A DNA stretch of 64,000 nt from Eledone cirrhosa (GCA_964016885.1 OZ024750.1:46624001-46688000), one strand, 5' to 3'; shown: positions 29,755 to 42,683, counted from the first letter of the stretch. Notes: generated from the sequence alone by a model not told the origin. Numbers and translations: made by a program.

Positions 29755-29938
29755 AGTTGTTTCTACTTTTGGCACAAGGCCAGCAATTCCCCAATGCAGT
29801 ACTGGTACTTTATTTTATCGACCCCGTAAGGATGAAAGGCAAAGTTAACCTCGGCGGGATTTGAACTCAGAATGGCAAGGGCCATAACTCTATGCGTCAA
29901 AGTATGGCGTCCGACCCTCTACCGATACTACCAATCCA
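29755..29938 (-). mobile_element. Family B SINE
   Basis: Same head, core and tail as the other copies. Confidence 0.85.
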
Positions 29939-31345
29939 GTGTCATATTTACATTCATTCGGGCAATGTGAGGCGTTCCAACATTTGGTACTCCTGGCAAA
30001 TTAACAGAATAATTGTTTAATTTAAACTATACCATCTATTGATACATGGGGTATGGACAGACCAGAAAATAGGAGCGAGGGCTTTGAGCCAAGTGGTATA
30101 TGCTTATAGATCTGTGAAGTCCTACCTCCTTACGTTATAGTCATTTTACCCTGGTTTGATTCTTGTAGGCGCAGTTATATTCCACGTATATGAATTTAAC
30201 CATTAAATCAATAAGTCATTTAGTTCTGATAACTTATATACTTAATACGTAGTTCGCAATGATGCCTAAGTGTCATATTTAATACGAGTCTATTACAAGC
30301 TTGTGAACGTAACATTTTAAGAACTTGTCTGGGCTTGTTACCAACTTTGAAAATACATGCAAGTACGTCTAGTTCAGTGAGGGGATAGATACCTTTTGAA
30401 TTTGTCATTGTAGCTAATCAGAAACTGAAACGTTCATCTAGTACGTAAAGCATTGATTATATTTGGTTGGGAACGTATATATTGTAGTCTGGAGGGTTCG
30501 GAGAATTGGGAATAAGAGAAAGGATTTTAAGTACCACGAAGCTACCTGTTTTGCGAGACACACAGGTGCGTGCTCTGATGGTAATATACTTCACGAAGAT
30601 GGCAGAGAAGATCTTTCTGATAGCACAGCTTTGAGAATGTTCGTCCTTTTTTGTGTATTCAGGATGCACAACGCCTCGTCAGTCGAGGCATCCAGTCAGT
30701 ATCAACTAGATTATACCCTGCACCTGATTTGATATTTAGAGATTCGTCAACGTTGGATGAGTCTACTGTAAGGGTTTGGTTGTTTTATTTTCCGGGGCGT
30801 ATGGGTACATCCACCTCTCATCTCGAGTTGTCCAAGTATTAAGGACTTGTGACGAATATTGGCAGTATCGAGATAAATGAAATTTTGAAAAGTATGTACT
30901 AGAGCACCTCATACCCCTGTTGCATGACAATAACAGTCGCATCTAGTGAGCTAGCCAAAACCACGCATGAATATATGTAGATCCGCTGTATCCACCTTAT
31001 CTCCCTAACGTCATTACTTCCACGAAAGAATAAAAATATACATAATAATAATTGGATAATTTTTCGACACATTTCGGATATAGTACTATAATATTCTTAT
31101 ATCTCTTATGCTATGAAGTCGAACATATGTCAGAATATGTACAGCATATATCTATTTAAACGTAAAACTTTCGAAGTATTCATTTATGATTCGAAATGAA
31201 ATACTGAAAAGATGATATGCATACTACAACAATAAGTTGTACTCTGAATGTATAGACAATTATGCTTTATTCCGCCCGAAGCTAAATATAATACTTTGTA
31301 AAGAAGCAAAAGTATTTCCTGATAAAGGTTTACAAAGGTAAATAA

Positions 31346-31390
<45 letters not shown>

Positions 31391-31444
31391 CGATACATGA
31401 ATAAAAGAAATAATGATAATACAAATAATAATAATAATAATAAC

Positions 31445-31490
<46 letters not shown>

Positions 31491-31539
31491 TAATAACAAT
31501 AATAATAATAATAAAAACATAGTAATAATAATAACAAAA

Positions 31540-32292
31540 AATTACCAAGCCAACATAATAAAAAATGGATGCAGCCCATTATGCCGTGTATGTAAAAAAC
31601 AACCAGAGACCATTGATCATATAATTTCAATGTGCAGTCCTATAGCTCCAACCGAATACCTAAACAGGAATGACAGAGCTGCACAATACATACATTGGAT
31701 AATGTTTAAGCATTTTGACCTGCCCCATCAAAAGAATTGGTGGGAGCATCAACCACCTTCCATACTTGAAAAAGATCACATCGCAATCTTGTGGAACTTT
31801 AGCATCCAAACAGACCGAAAAATAGATGCAAATAGACCTGATATAATATTGAAGGACTTTAAAAAGAGGGTATACCTGCTAATTGATATGTCCGTTCCAA
31901 TAGACAAGAATGTATCTACAAAAACATTTGAAAAATTGAGCAAGTATAAGGACCTGGAGATAGAAATTTGAAAAATGTGGAAATTGAGAACTAAAACAAT
32001 GCCAGTGGTTGTAGGCCCTCTAGGAATGATACCTAAGGGGTCTAATGATTACTTATCGCAAATCCCAGGAAACCCGCGTATAGGAGAAATACAAAAGATA
32101 GTACTAATGGGAACTGCCCATATACTAAGGAAGATTCTGTCAATATAAGTACATCACAAGTCTAAACACTAAAGATGCATGTGTGAATATGTATGTTCTT
32201 TCTTGAACATGGCGGACCTTGTTGTCTCTTGAGGTCACTGGTTGTGACTTGGTGATAACTCGTATGAACATAAAGCAAGATAAATGCAACTG
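31540..32292 (+). mobile_element. 5'-truncated R4/Dong-type non-LTR retrotransposon (restriction-like endonuclease), pseudogenised, inserted in (TAA)n
   Basis: CRVCKKQPETIDHIISMC zinc knuckle, RPDII...IDMSVP...EKLSKY PD-(D/E)xK motif and PVVVGPLG...GTAHILRKIL. One in-frame TGA at 31969-31971, terminal TAA at 32146-32148. (TAA)n on both sides. Confidence 0.88.
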
Positions 32293-33100
32293 TAATAATA
32301 ATAATAATAATAGGAAGAAGACGCACGTGGTAGATAGAATGTTATGGAACCGCTCCCGTAATATTTTGATTTTTAACATATTTAAAACAGTTGTGATATA
32401 TCAATTCTTAGTACAAATGGTACATAAGGCACCAGTCTTAGCTCTCAGGAAATGAGGACACCCATTACACCCTGGCATATGGCTCAAATATCCAATTTTG
32501 TATTATAAATTTTATATTCAAAAAAGAAAATGGTTATAGTTGGAAGAAAACCCCCTCTGTCTACCCTAAATAGAACAGCCAAATAACGAAAAATTCACCA
32601 CCACAACCTAGATACACCACCTAAACCACCTCTGTATACACTAAATACAACAGCCAGATAACGGCAATTTCACCACCACCAATCCCAGCATAATAATAAT
32701 AATAATTATTATTGAATCTCAAGTTTTCTCAAAATGTTTATTTCAAATATTAAGGAAATTTGTCGATATGTATATTAAACATTGGTGACAAACCGCATAT
32801 ATATACAGATCAAACAAACGCATATGAGCTACAGTCTATTCAACAGAATTCAGTAGCGACAACGCCATCACTACACAACCACTATCCCATCCCCGACGCC
32901 ACCACTCCATCATTGCTGCCACCATTATACCCTCACTACCTCCTGTTAACTTAAGAAAGGGGAAGGTGGCGCTAACACTAGACAAGGGAGAGGCTAACAA
33001 AAGATATAAATAGAGTGACATAGTGACTCGGTCAAAAGTTAACGGCTATGGCAATGAAGAGGCAACTTCAACAAAAAGTATATTACATTATTAATAAATC

Positions 33101-33205
33101 TCGCCGAGGTTTACTTTGCCTTTCATCCTTACGGGGTCGATAAAATAAAGTACCAGTAATGCACTGGGTAATTGCTGGCCTTGTGCCTAAAGTAGAAACA
33201 ATTAT
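33101..33205 (+). mobile_element. Family B SINE, 5'-truncated
   Basis: CGCCGAGGTTTACTTTGCCTTTCATCCTTACGGGGTCG...AAGTAGAAACAATTATT. Confidence 0.85.
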
Positions 33206-33289
33206 TAATAATAATTTCCTTCTCAGCCACGAAGGGCTCACATTAAGGAACCACTCATGATAATAACAATTCAAAAAATCCCCCCAAAA

Positions 33290-34850
33290 AACCGTGACCA
33301 AGAAATACCGGAATGGTGGCCGGTGAGGAATTGCTGTGTCTCTAGGGGAGGACGACCCCTCTAGTCTTGGTTGACACTCGTCCTAGGAGTGGTAACACGT
33401 AATGATTAGCCTTCGCGGTTAAGGATAAAACGCAACAAAATGAAGCCAATGTCAAATAATAAAATCTCATACCCGGGTCAAAAAGGGCCGCGTCCCCCAG
33501 AGAGGAACCAGATTGGGGTCGAAAAATCAGCTAATGGTTCAAACCTTCCAAAAAATTCGGAGCTGGACACCCCCCATAACCGGAATACTCCTACTGATGG
33601 CCCTCCATGCTCACCACCAAAAAATCCAAAGAAAACAAGAGAGAAAATGGTAAAGGGAAGACAATAAAGAAGTCCTTGGGGCTTTCTACACTGCCATCAA
33701 ATAGATCGAATACAGAACAGACGTATATCACCTGGAAAAAGAAACATCCTGAAAACAGAGACTATATTGACAGTAACAAACTAGCTAATATACGAAGAAA
33801 TATTGTTAAGAAAAAGTTAATAACTGATATAGAAATTGATCAGATCAAGCAATTAGCGCAAAGTCAGCGAAGGGAAAATGAAACATGTGTCAGTGAAAAC
33901 GAGGTAAATTGTAACACTTCAAATCCCAGGGTTGGGGCGGAATCACTGACAGTGGAACAAATTAAAGAAAAGATCGAAAAAGTGGAAGGAGTGCATTCTC
34001 AAGACGAAACTCAAAATGAAAACAATGAGATCATCAATGATAAAGAAATGAATGTGAATGAACTCGCCGACTTGAAGAATAAAATTATGATCGAATGGAT
34101 GAAAATGAAAGAATCTGACAGGGGGGAACGAGACACTCTCCCTAAGATCCAGAACTTCCAACAAAACTAATGGATAATACAGAAGACTAACACAACTCTC
34201 AAAAACATTATCATCACAAATAAACTAAACATCAAAGCTGAAGACAAGTGGTACAACCATCACCCTGAGGCTGTAACTGAAGGAGAAAAAGCAACAATTT
34301 TCTGGGACTTTCCTGTACATACTGACAGGACCATAAAAGCAAATAGACTTGACATCATTGTAAATTTGACATCATTGTAAAAGATCAACATAACAAGGTC
34401 AGTTTAGTGATAGATATGAGCATCGCATCTGATCACAATATCGCGGCAAAAGAATTTGACAAGCTACGAAAAAATAAAGATCTGCTTATTGAAATTGAGA
34501 AAATGTGGCACCCCAAGGCCGTTACAATACTAATGATTGTGGGAGGACTGGGAATGATCAAGAAAGGAACACATCAATATTTGCGAATGATTCCTGATTT
34601 ACCCTCTCTGTACAAATTGTTTTTACTGGTACTGCATACGTATTGGGAAGAACAATAACTCTGTAAGATGGATATCCCTCCTTGTATTTATATATGCATA
34701 TGCACATGTGTATATATGTATACATTTAAAACAAAAATTAATCAATGTACTGTATTAACTGGTTTACCAAAGCACACTGTGAATTTATTTGCCCTAGGTG
34801 TCAGGAAGACACTCGGCATATATCTCAGAAACAATAATGAAAGAAAATAA
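33290..34850 (+). mobile_element. Internally deleted R4/Dong-type non-LTR element (5' region, N-terminus and endonuclease; RT missing)
   Basis: N-terminal WKKKHPE..DSNKLANIRRNIVKKKLITDIEIDQIK joins near 34225 to KWYNHHPE..WDFPVHTDRTIKANRLDIIV..IDMSI..EIEKMW..IVGGLGMIKKG. Several frameshifts; ends in a (TAA)-like tail. Confidence 0.8.
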
Positions 34851-35190
34851 AAATAATAACAATAATACGTGCTCAGTACAATTTAAAACAATGGCAGAAT
34901 ACAAATTGAATTATGAAACAAAATTTTGCTTGATTTTCAATGGAATATGAAATATTTCTATAAGTATTCGCAGTAGACATTTTGTTTAATATGGTGGATA
35001 TTTCCATTTAGATTCTATAAAATTCAATTTGAAGTTTGAAACATTCAAATAAATTTGTTGCAAATGTCTGAAATATAATAAATTGTAACTTGTTTGGCTT
35101 TTAATTTTGCAGATATTACTCCGCTTTGCATTAACGTCTGCGTTGGAAAGTGTCTATTATTGAGTAATGATTAAGTGCATTAACTATTAT

Positions 35191-35357
<167 letters not shown>

Positions 35358-35361
35358 TTAA

Positions 35362-35392
<31 letters not shown>

Positions 35393-35684
35393 TATGTACA
35401 TATATATGTATATATATGGAAAGTAACGTCTTCCAGTTACTGTAGGTTCACTCGAGTGAATACTCGGTGCGTAGTTTCCAGCCGCTAAAGAGGCATAGAA
35501 TTAAGCAGAGTGTAATTATAATAATAATGAAAAGATTGTGATACTCTGTGGCCATCTACCAACCCCCTGCTCACACCCCTCAGCTGGAAATCATGTTCAA
35601 TGATGTCATTGAAGCAAGGCGGAAAGCGTCACCGTGATACGTGTTGCTAGCAGATCCAGAGTTCAAGTTTTAAGGAAACAACGA

Positions 35685-36402
35685 TCTATGAGGGACCTTA
35701 AAAAGGTTAATGGAAAAAGAAGCTTTGGAAAAAATGATTTAAGTTATTATGTTTATATTTCAACATATGCTCCATCTCGGTTAATACTTTCCTGCAAGTT
35801 TTGATACCAGACTTTAAGTCCATCTGTGTTCAGCTGATGTCCATCAAATTTAAACCATGTCAAAGCCGTGTTGCTTACATTTTACTCCGCTAACATTTTG
35901 AAGCTCCATCTTATAGACATCCCCTATCTAGGACTGGGAAAAAGAGCAGAAACATACCAGTCGTTGCTGGTCAAACAGGTGCACAAGTCTTCTCACTTGC
36001 ATTAAGCGAGGCTGACTGACCGTTCCCAAATATAAAGGTTGATTGGAAATCTGCAAAACGTAGAACGCGTTGATTTCAGTGCGCATGAATCTCCACGTGT
36101 TTCCTAATTGCAGTTCTTCTGATATATATTGGAGAACATTGTTGATTAGGACACGATATGAGATCACCGTTCCTCTCTTTTTCTTTACATTCAGAATGTG
36201 GATTGGAACAAGCGTCTTGCTTAAGGAAACACGCGCTACCTGATTCGGAAACCGAACTCATGACATCAGGATTATGAGACAAACTCCCTACCCAACTAGT
36301 CGCCTTAAACACTGTAACTAATAAACTAACGTGTAATTAATAAATAAGATTATAAAGACCTTATTTTTTTCCCATTGGGCCAAATTCTTGGAATACCCCT
36401 TT
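35685..36402 (-). mobile_element. Degenerate mariner-type DNA transposon relic
   Basis: Termini ATGAGGGACC... and ...GAATACCCCTTTA resemble TACGAGGG-type TIRs. Minus-strand remnant ESINRDGAYVE resembles the mariner C-terminal KCIxxxGxYVE. Confidence 0.5.
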
Positions 36403-36780
36403 ACATTTCTACTAATATTTGATATATTTTTCTACATTAACTGCTGATTGAACAATATATATATATATGGATAACAGTTTCTGGGATAACATTCGATACT
36501 TATTGTATTTCCTGAATTCAATAAATAATCAACTTAAAAATGTTACGAAAGAACTTTTTATTTTATTTTTTGTATGTGTCTGTCTAGACAAACACTTGAC
36601 TCTACATAACTCAATGCTATCTAAACATCAAAAGAAAATATTATTTATTCACATATTTATATGCGTCCAGTATAATACAAAATAATATAAAATCACGTCA
36701 GCTTTATGGACACTATACTTTTAAAGGTATCTTTATTTTTGGATTTCTACATAATATATATAATTATATATATATATATA

Positions 36781-36946
36781 AGTATAACAATATCGGTTTC
36801 AACACACGATTTCAGATAAAGAATCTTGCTAAACAAATTCAGAAACGAAATATATATATATATATATATATATATATTTCGTTTCTGAATTTGTTTAGCA
36901 AGATTCTTTATCTGAAATCGTGTGTTGAAACCGATATTGTTATACT
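36781..36946. repeat. 70-bp-arm palindrome around (TA)n (inverted duplication of the adjacent element's 3' end)
   Basis: AGTATAACAATATCGGTTTC...CAGAAACGAAA-(TA)n-TTTCGTTTCTG...GAAACCGATATTGTTATACT. Confidence 0.92.
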
Positions 36947-37099
36947 TTGGGAGGGTCATGTTGCCAATAAGAAACACACGCACCAGTTGCTTTCACTTCA
37001 ATTTATTATATATTTATAAATTTATAAATTTACAAATCTACAAATTTATAAATTTCTGGTTGGTTGGTTGGTTCCACAACCAGATAGTTGTTTATATAT

Positions 37100-37144
37100 A
37101 GTCATAGTCCTTTCGTCACACACTATGTGACCTCTTCAGTGACT
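37100..37144 (-). ncRNA. Type I minimal hammerhead ribozyme, sense to the receptor pre-mRNA
   Basis: Exact reverse complement of 37390-37434. Confidence 0.8.
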
Positions 37145-37389
37145 GGGGATTCCTTTCTTTGTTTCTGTGCCTTTCCTTTCTTCTGTCCTCCGCTATTTTG
37201 TTTCTGTGTGTGTATTGTGTGCTCAGTTTGAGCATGCGCCACATCCGGGTGTCTGTGTGTGTTTGTCACAAACACACACAGACACCCGGATGTGGCGCAT
37301 GCGCAAACTGAGCACACAACACACACACAGAAACAAAATGGCGTAGGACAGAAGAAAGGAAAGGCACAGAAACAAAGAAAGGAATCCCC

Positions 37390-37434
37390 AGTCACTGAAG
37401 AGGTCACATAGTGTGTGACGAAAGGACTATGACT
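37390..37434 (+). ncRNA. Type I minimal hammerhead ribozyme
   Basis: AGTCA-CTGAAGA-G-GTCACA-TAGTG-TGTGAC-GAAA-GGAC-TA^TGACT. Stem I is 5 bp, stem II is 6 bp, there is an extra G after A9, and stem III is minimal. Confidence 0.8.
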
Positions 37435-39380
37435 ATATATAAACAACTATCTGGTTGTGGAACCAACCAACCAACCAGAAATTTATAAATTTGTAGATTT
37501 GTAAATTTATAAATTTATAAATATATAATACATTGAAGTGAAAGCAACTGGTGCGTGTGTTTCTTATTGGCAACATGACCCTCCCAAAGTATAACAACAC
37601 ATATATATATATATATATATTATATTACATAAAAAGTTGACAGTTACATATAAGACCCAACATTTTGCTGACTCTTTCGTCAACAAAACCCTGAAGAGTA
37701 TACGTAATTCTAGATAAAATATGAATGCGACTAATATCCAAAAGTATCAAAGCATTATAAATGTAGAAAACATTCGCATTTAATTGGTGATACGAATACG
37801 TGTTTATCAACATACAACAGTACCTCAGTAAATAAGAGGAATATCACAAGCACGAACACAAATTACCAACGAAATTCCCGAAGGTTAGATAGTTACTAAG
37901 TCTATTAATAATTTATATTGTAGCTTTAATATCGGACTAAGGAACCTTATTAAAGCGGTTTATTTTAAATCTATACACTCTCTGGAAACCTGGACTCTAG
38001 TACAATCTGTAACTTTATAATATATAGTCAGAATTAATCTCTTCACGATCCATACATGTAATTAAAACGTAAATTAATTATTCATGGTATAATTTTGCCG
38101 AAAAATTATCAATTCAGTACAGTAATTATCCAATGTTTAATTCAAATGTTGCTTATGAATTTCTTGTCAAACAATGGATTGCATCTTAGGGAAATAGATT
38201 TCAATTAAACTTTGCCCACATAATTAACATTCGACCGTCAAGCTCCTGAAGATTTCAAAGTTCCTGCACCGTGTTTCTAACTTACACATTGAGGTTATCC
38301 ATATGCCACCTGGGGTTAAACAGAAGAAACGAACATTAACATAGCCAACTATAATTGTAACCAATAAATCAGGAGATATGCACTGGTGTTTATACTGCAG
38401 GTATAGCAGCTATATCTGGAAATCATTCTCAATGATCTTAATGTAGAAAATGTCTCATTTTACAATGTCAAAACGATGAGCTAAAATATATTTCATGAAT
38501 TAGGAGAACTTCGCTCAAAGGTTTCCCCGCCCCCTAAACTATGATGATCAAAATCCTATAGTATGTACAACACTCTTTTTTAATATTTCATTTATTTAGT
38601 AGCAGTCACACAAGTTGTCATACCCAATAGAGATGCATGTTTATGTGAACCTAATTGGTTCGTGGTCGCAGACATGTCGTTCGCGATTGCGCAATGGAGT
38701 TTGTAAGTAAATGGCAGTGTGCGCTGCCCTGATCCCGCCATTTACAACCGACGTTCATCTGTCAAATCTTACCAAACTGGGACCGTGAACAACAAGGTCC
38801 TCAGCTCGTAGGTTTTACATCAGAATATCCTTCTCCAAGCGTCTGACTCAAAAACCTTCATCGTAGGCATGGCATCAGTTACCCATGGCATGGATGCTGG
38901 ATGCTATCAAACAATATCAATAAATCCGGGGTCCTTGCACGATGAGTCATGCTACTAAGACTATCCAACCCATAGACGGGACCCTGACAGGTGCTACCGC
39001 CGCGGACTTGAGAACAGTGGTGATTAAGAAGTAACTCCATGTCCCTCAGAACCCACCGCCGCGGACCTGAGTCAATGGTGATTAAGAAGTAACTCCATAT
39101 CCCCCAGAACCCTATAACTCTAGAAATGCAGGCTCACCATCCGTTGTAGGTAGTATCAACAATTACCAACTAGTTATCTGCAATGTGGTGATTATATTTT
39201 CAAATTCTCTTAATGTTAATTGCGCTGCAGTCTTGCCAGAATAGATTACTTAAGATTTTATATATTGTGGCATGATACTAGCACAAGAATTACACTCGTA
39301 AAGTTAATGAATAGAACCAGGTGCAAGCAGTTACATATTCTGATGATGAAATTAACACAAATCGCGGATATATTATTTTT

Positions 39381-40047
39381 ACTTCGTAACCACACTTGAC
39401 AACCATATTTTATAACCGTACTTCGTAACGTCTTCCACACTTCACAACCATACTTCATAACCGCACTTCGTAACCACACTTCACAACCATACTTCGTAAC
39501 CGTACTTCATAACTGTACTATATAATGACACTACAACATCTGGCTTCATAACCACATTTCATTAATATATTCCATGTTCAAATCCCACTGAGGTTACCTG
39601 AAAGTATAGCCCCCACACTGCAGTTAACTATTGTAATAGTTGAGAACTGTAAATCATTAAGGTTTGAAGTTTGAAAACCACGACAATGTTAAATGGACGA
39701 ATAAATATATTAATGGTTTTTGATTTAGGCGCAAAGCCAATAATTTAAAGGGGAAGGGAAAGTAGATTAAATCGACCCCAGTGCATACCGGTGCTTTATA
39801 TTTTCGACCCCGTAAGGATGAAAGGCAAAGGTAACCTCAGTGGGATTTGAACATGGAATATATTAATGAAATGTGGTTATGAAGCCAGATGTTGTAGTGT
39901 CATTATATAGTACAGTTATGAAGTACGGTTACGAAGTATGGTTGTGAAGTGTGGTTACGAAGTGCGGTTATGAAGTATGGTTGTGAAGTGTGGAAGACGT
40001 TACGAAGTACGGTTATAAAATATGGTTGTCAAGTGTGGTTACGAGGT
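39381..40047. repeat. Inverted repeat with 219-bp arms (39381-39599 / 39829-40047) and a 229-bp spacer
   Basis: Paired positions sum to 79428; arms nearly identical. Confidence 0.9.
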
Positions 40048-40552
40048 ACGGTTATAAAGTATGGTAGTGAAGTGTGGTTATGAAGTACGGTTACGAAGTA
40101 TGGTTGTGAAGTGTGGTTATGAAGTACGGTTATAAAGTATGGTAGTGAAGTGTGGTTACGAAGTACGGTTATGAAGTATGGTTGTGAAATGTGGTTACGA
40201 AGTACGGTTATGAAGTATGGTTGTGAAGTGTGGTTACGAAGTATGGTTATAAAGTATGGTAGTAAAGTGTGGTTATGAAGTACAGTTGTGAAGTGTGTCT
40301 ATAAAGTACGGTTATGTAGTATGGTTGTGAAGTGTGGCTATAAAGTACGGTTATGGAGTATGGTTGTGAAGTGTGGCTATAAAGTACGGTTATGAAGTAT
40401 GGTTGTGAAGTGTGATTATGAAGTACGGTTTAGGAAGTGTGGTTATGAAGTGTGGTTATGAAGTACCATTATGAAGTGTCGTTATGAAGTACGGTTATGA
40501 AGTACGTCTTTGAAGTGTGTTTACGAAGTATGATTATGAAGTTTGGTTGTGA
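39913..40552. repeat. 13-bp minisatellite with 39-bp higher-order unit
   Basis: Units GAAGTACGGTTAT, GAAGTATGGTTGT and GAAGTGTGGTTAC cycle in triplets. Confidence 0.92.
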
Positions 40553-40722
40553 ATCTCTTCACAGAAAGTGAATAGAGAATGTGGATATAAAACGTGCATA
40601 TAATCTATTTTATTAAGATTTAATAAGACGTGGATTCATTGTAGTTATAACATGTGATATTTAAATGTGAGCATATTTGATAGAACATATAATAAAATAA
40701 GATAACATGTAAAACAACATAC

Positions 40723-40948
40723 CTCTAGGGGTTGCGATCCCGTATCCCTTAGAGTCTAGACGCCCACCCACCTGCATAAGTTCACAGTTTCTCTGCACGT
40801 TGTAGTCGATAATTGCCGACTCACCCAGGTAGGCGTAGTTACCCTTTAGGACACGGTCTATACCCTCTTGAGAGGAATTGACGAACACGCTAGGATCCGT
40901 AGAATCCATCACGTGCCACATTCTTTGAAATATTGGAATTTTAGAGGT
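40723..40948 (-). CDS. GRIK2-like: Kainate-type ionotropic glutamate receptor exon (S2 ligand-binding lobe)
   Basis: Acceptor TTTTTCTTCTTTCAG, donor GTATGT; 226 nt, phase 0 to 1. TSKIPIFQRMWHVMDSTDPSVFVNSSQEGIDRVLKGNYAYLGESAIIDYNVQRNCELMQVGGRLDSKGYGIATPR. Confidence 0.97.
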
Positions 40949-41087
40949 CTGAAAGAAGAAAAAAGAAGATTAAAAGAATTTGAAAGTATAGCCCCCACAC
41001 TGCAGTTAACTATTGTAATAGTTGAGAACTGTATATCATTAAGGTTTGAAGTTTGAAAGCCACGACAATGTTAAATGGACGAATACA

Positions 41088-41271
41088 ATAATTGTTTCTA
41101 CTTTTGGCACAAGGCCAGCAATTACCCAGTGTACTGGTACTTTATTTTATCGACCCCAAAAAGGATGAAAGGCAAAGTTAACCTCGGCGGGACTTGAAGT
41201 CAGAATAGCAAGGGCCGTAACTCTATGCGTCAAAGCATGGCGTCCGACCCTCTACCGATACCGCCAATCCA
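41088..41271 (-). mobile_element. Family B SINE
   Basis: Same head, core and tail as the other copies. Confidence 0.85.
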
Positions 41272-42293
41272 ATGAAAGAGTGAAACGAGGTGTTGTGTGT
41301 TTTACCTTAATTTATTTACCTGTCCTGATATTTCGAGATTAAAGTCTCTTTCTCCGTGGAAGATAATACAGTGTTCGATGTAACGTACTATACCATGTTT
41401 GATATGTCGGTTAAAGTAACTGTAGAGATGACAACAACCCGCCAGATTCTGCCCAAGGTTGTTTCAATTTACTGAACTATTTCCTCCACTTCAAATGTAA
41501 ACCTTGCTATCTGCATTGTGGAGACTATATTTATAAATTTCAAATTTCCAAATACTTTGAAAATTCACAGAGCATATCATACACACCAGCAAATGGAAAG
41601 CATCACTGTTATGTAATTAGATTCAGTCACTGTGGACCGTTACGTTTGGCAGTCATATTTATTATTTAACATTTGTGTCTGTAACAAGCAGAATATATAT
41701 ATATATATATATATACTAATGTATTAGGTTATAGTGTGTTAGTTCACTATTTCCATTGGTACGATAAGTTAAGCCCAATGCTACTTTTACCCTCCGTTCT
41801 TCAGGAGCGAATATTTATTGTAGCAGACAGAGCATTTATGATTAAAAATTCAATAAGTTCAAGGATTAAAGTTATAGTTTATTCACACATCTACGAATGT
41901 TTCAATACAGCTATACGGTATATTGCAAAATATACTATACATACATTCATGTATATATCGCTATTTCAGAGCACCATTCCTAATACTTAATTTTTGCTGG
42001 ACCAGCATTCGCTCTGTATAATCAGCTCCTGATTATTACTGGAATTCTATAAGAATCCAGCTTCTATAATTTTCGGCGAAAGCAGGGAATGCATGGAACT
42101 GATAAACGCCAACTAGTGTGAAACTGACTGTCAGCTACTCTCCCTTTTTTTGGCGAAAAGAAGTAAGTGAATAGTCACTACTTTAAAACTGATAGCGTAT
42201 GGTCCTCTAAATGTTTTAAGTTAAACATACAGTATATTGCCAAATATACTATACATACGTTCATGTATACATCGCTATTTCAGAGCACGAATC

Positions 42294-42397
<104 letters not shown>

Positions 42398-42420
42398 TAG
42401 AGAGATAGAGAGAGAGAGAG

Positions 42421-42509
<89 letters not shown>

Positions 42510-42683
42510 TGCGGACACATACATACACATGAATATATCCACATATATCCCCTCCGCGTCCGTGGTATTTTTTTTCAGGGTTATAAGGGGCTTAGCTCTG
42601 TTTCTTGATCGCTGTATCACGTGATTGACTCCCTCTCCGCCTTTTCGAGATTCTATCTCGCGCATCACAGACGTGTTTTGAAA

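Larger units (their letters stand above)
36937..37597. mobile_element. 661-bp near-perfect palindrome (330-bp arms, 1-nt centre at 37267) formed by a hammerhead-bearing element
   Basis: Paired positions sum to 74534 throughout, so there are no indels; about 5 mismatches counted by eye. Confidence 0.92.

Noticed and set aside
39913-40552. CRISPR-like array
   Set aside because: Contiguous 13-bp units without unique spacers, in a eukaryotic context; a minisatellite.
42095-42135. CTGATAA-ACGC..GTGT-GAAAC..GTC hammerhead-like string
   Set aside because: Core G8 is lost and there is no stem I pairing.
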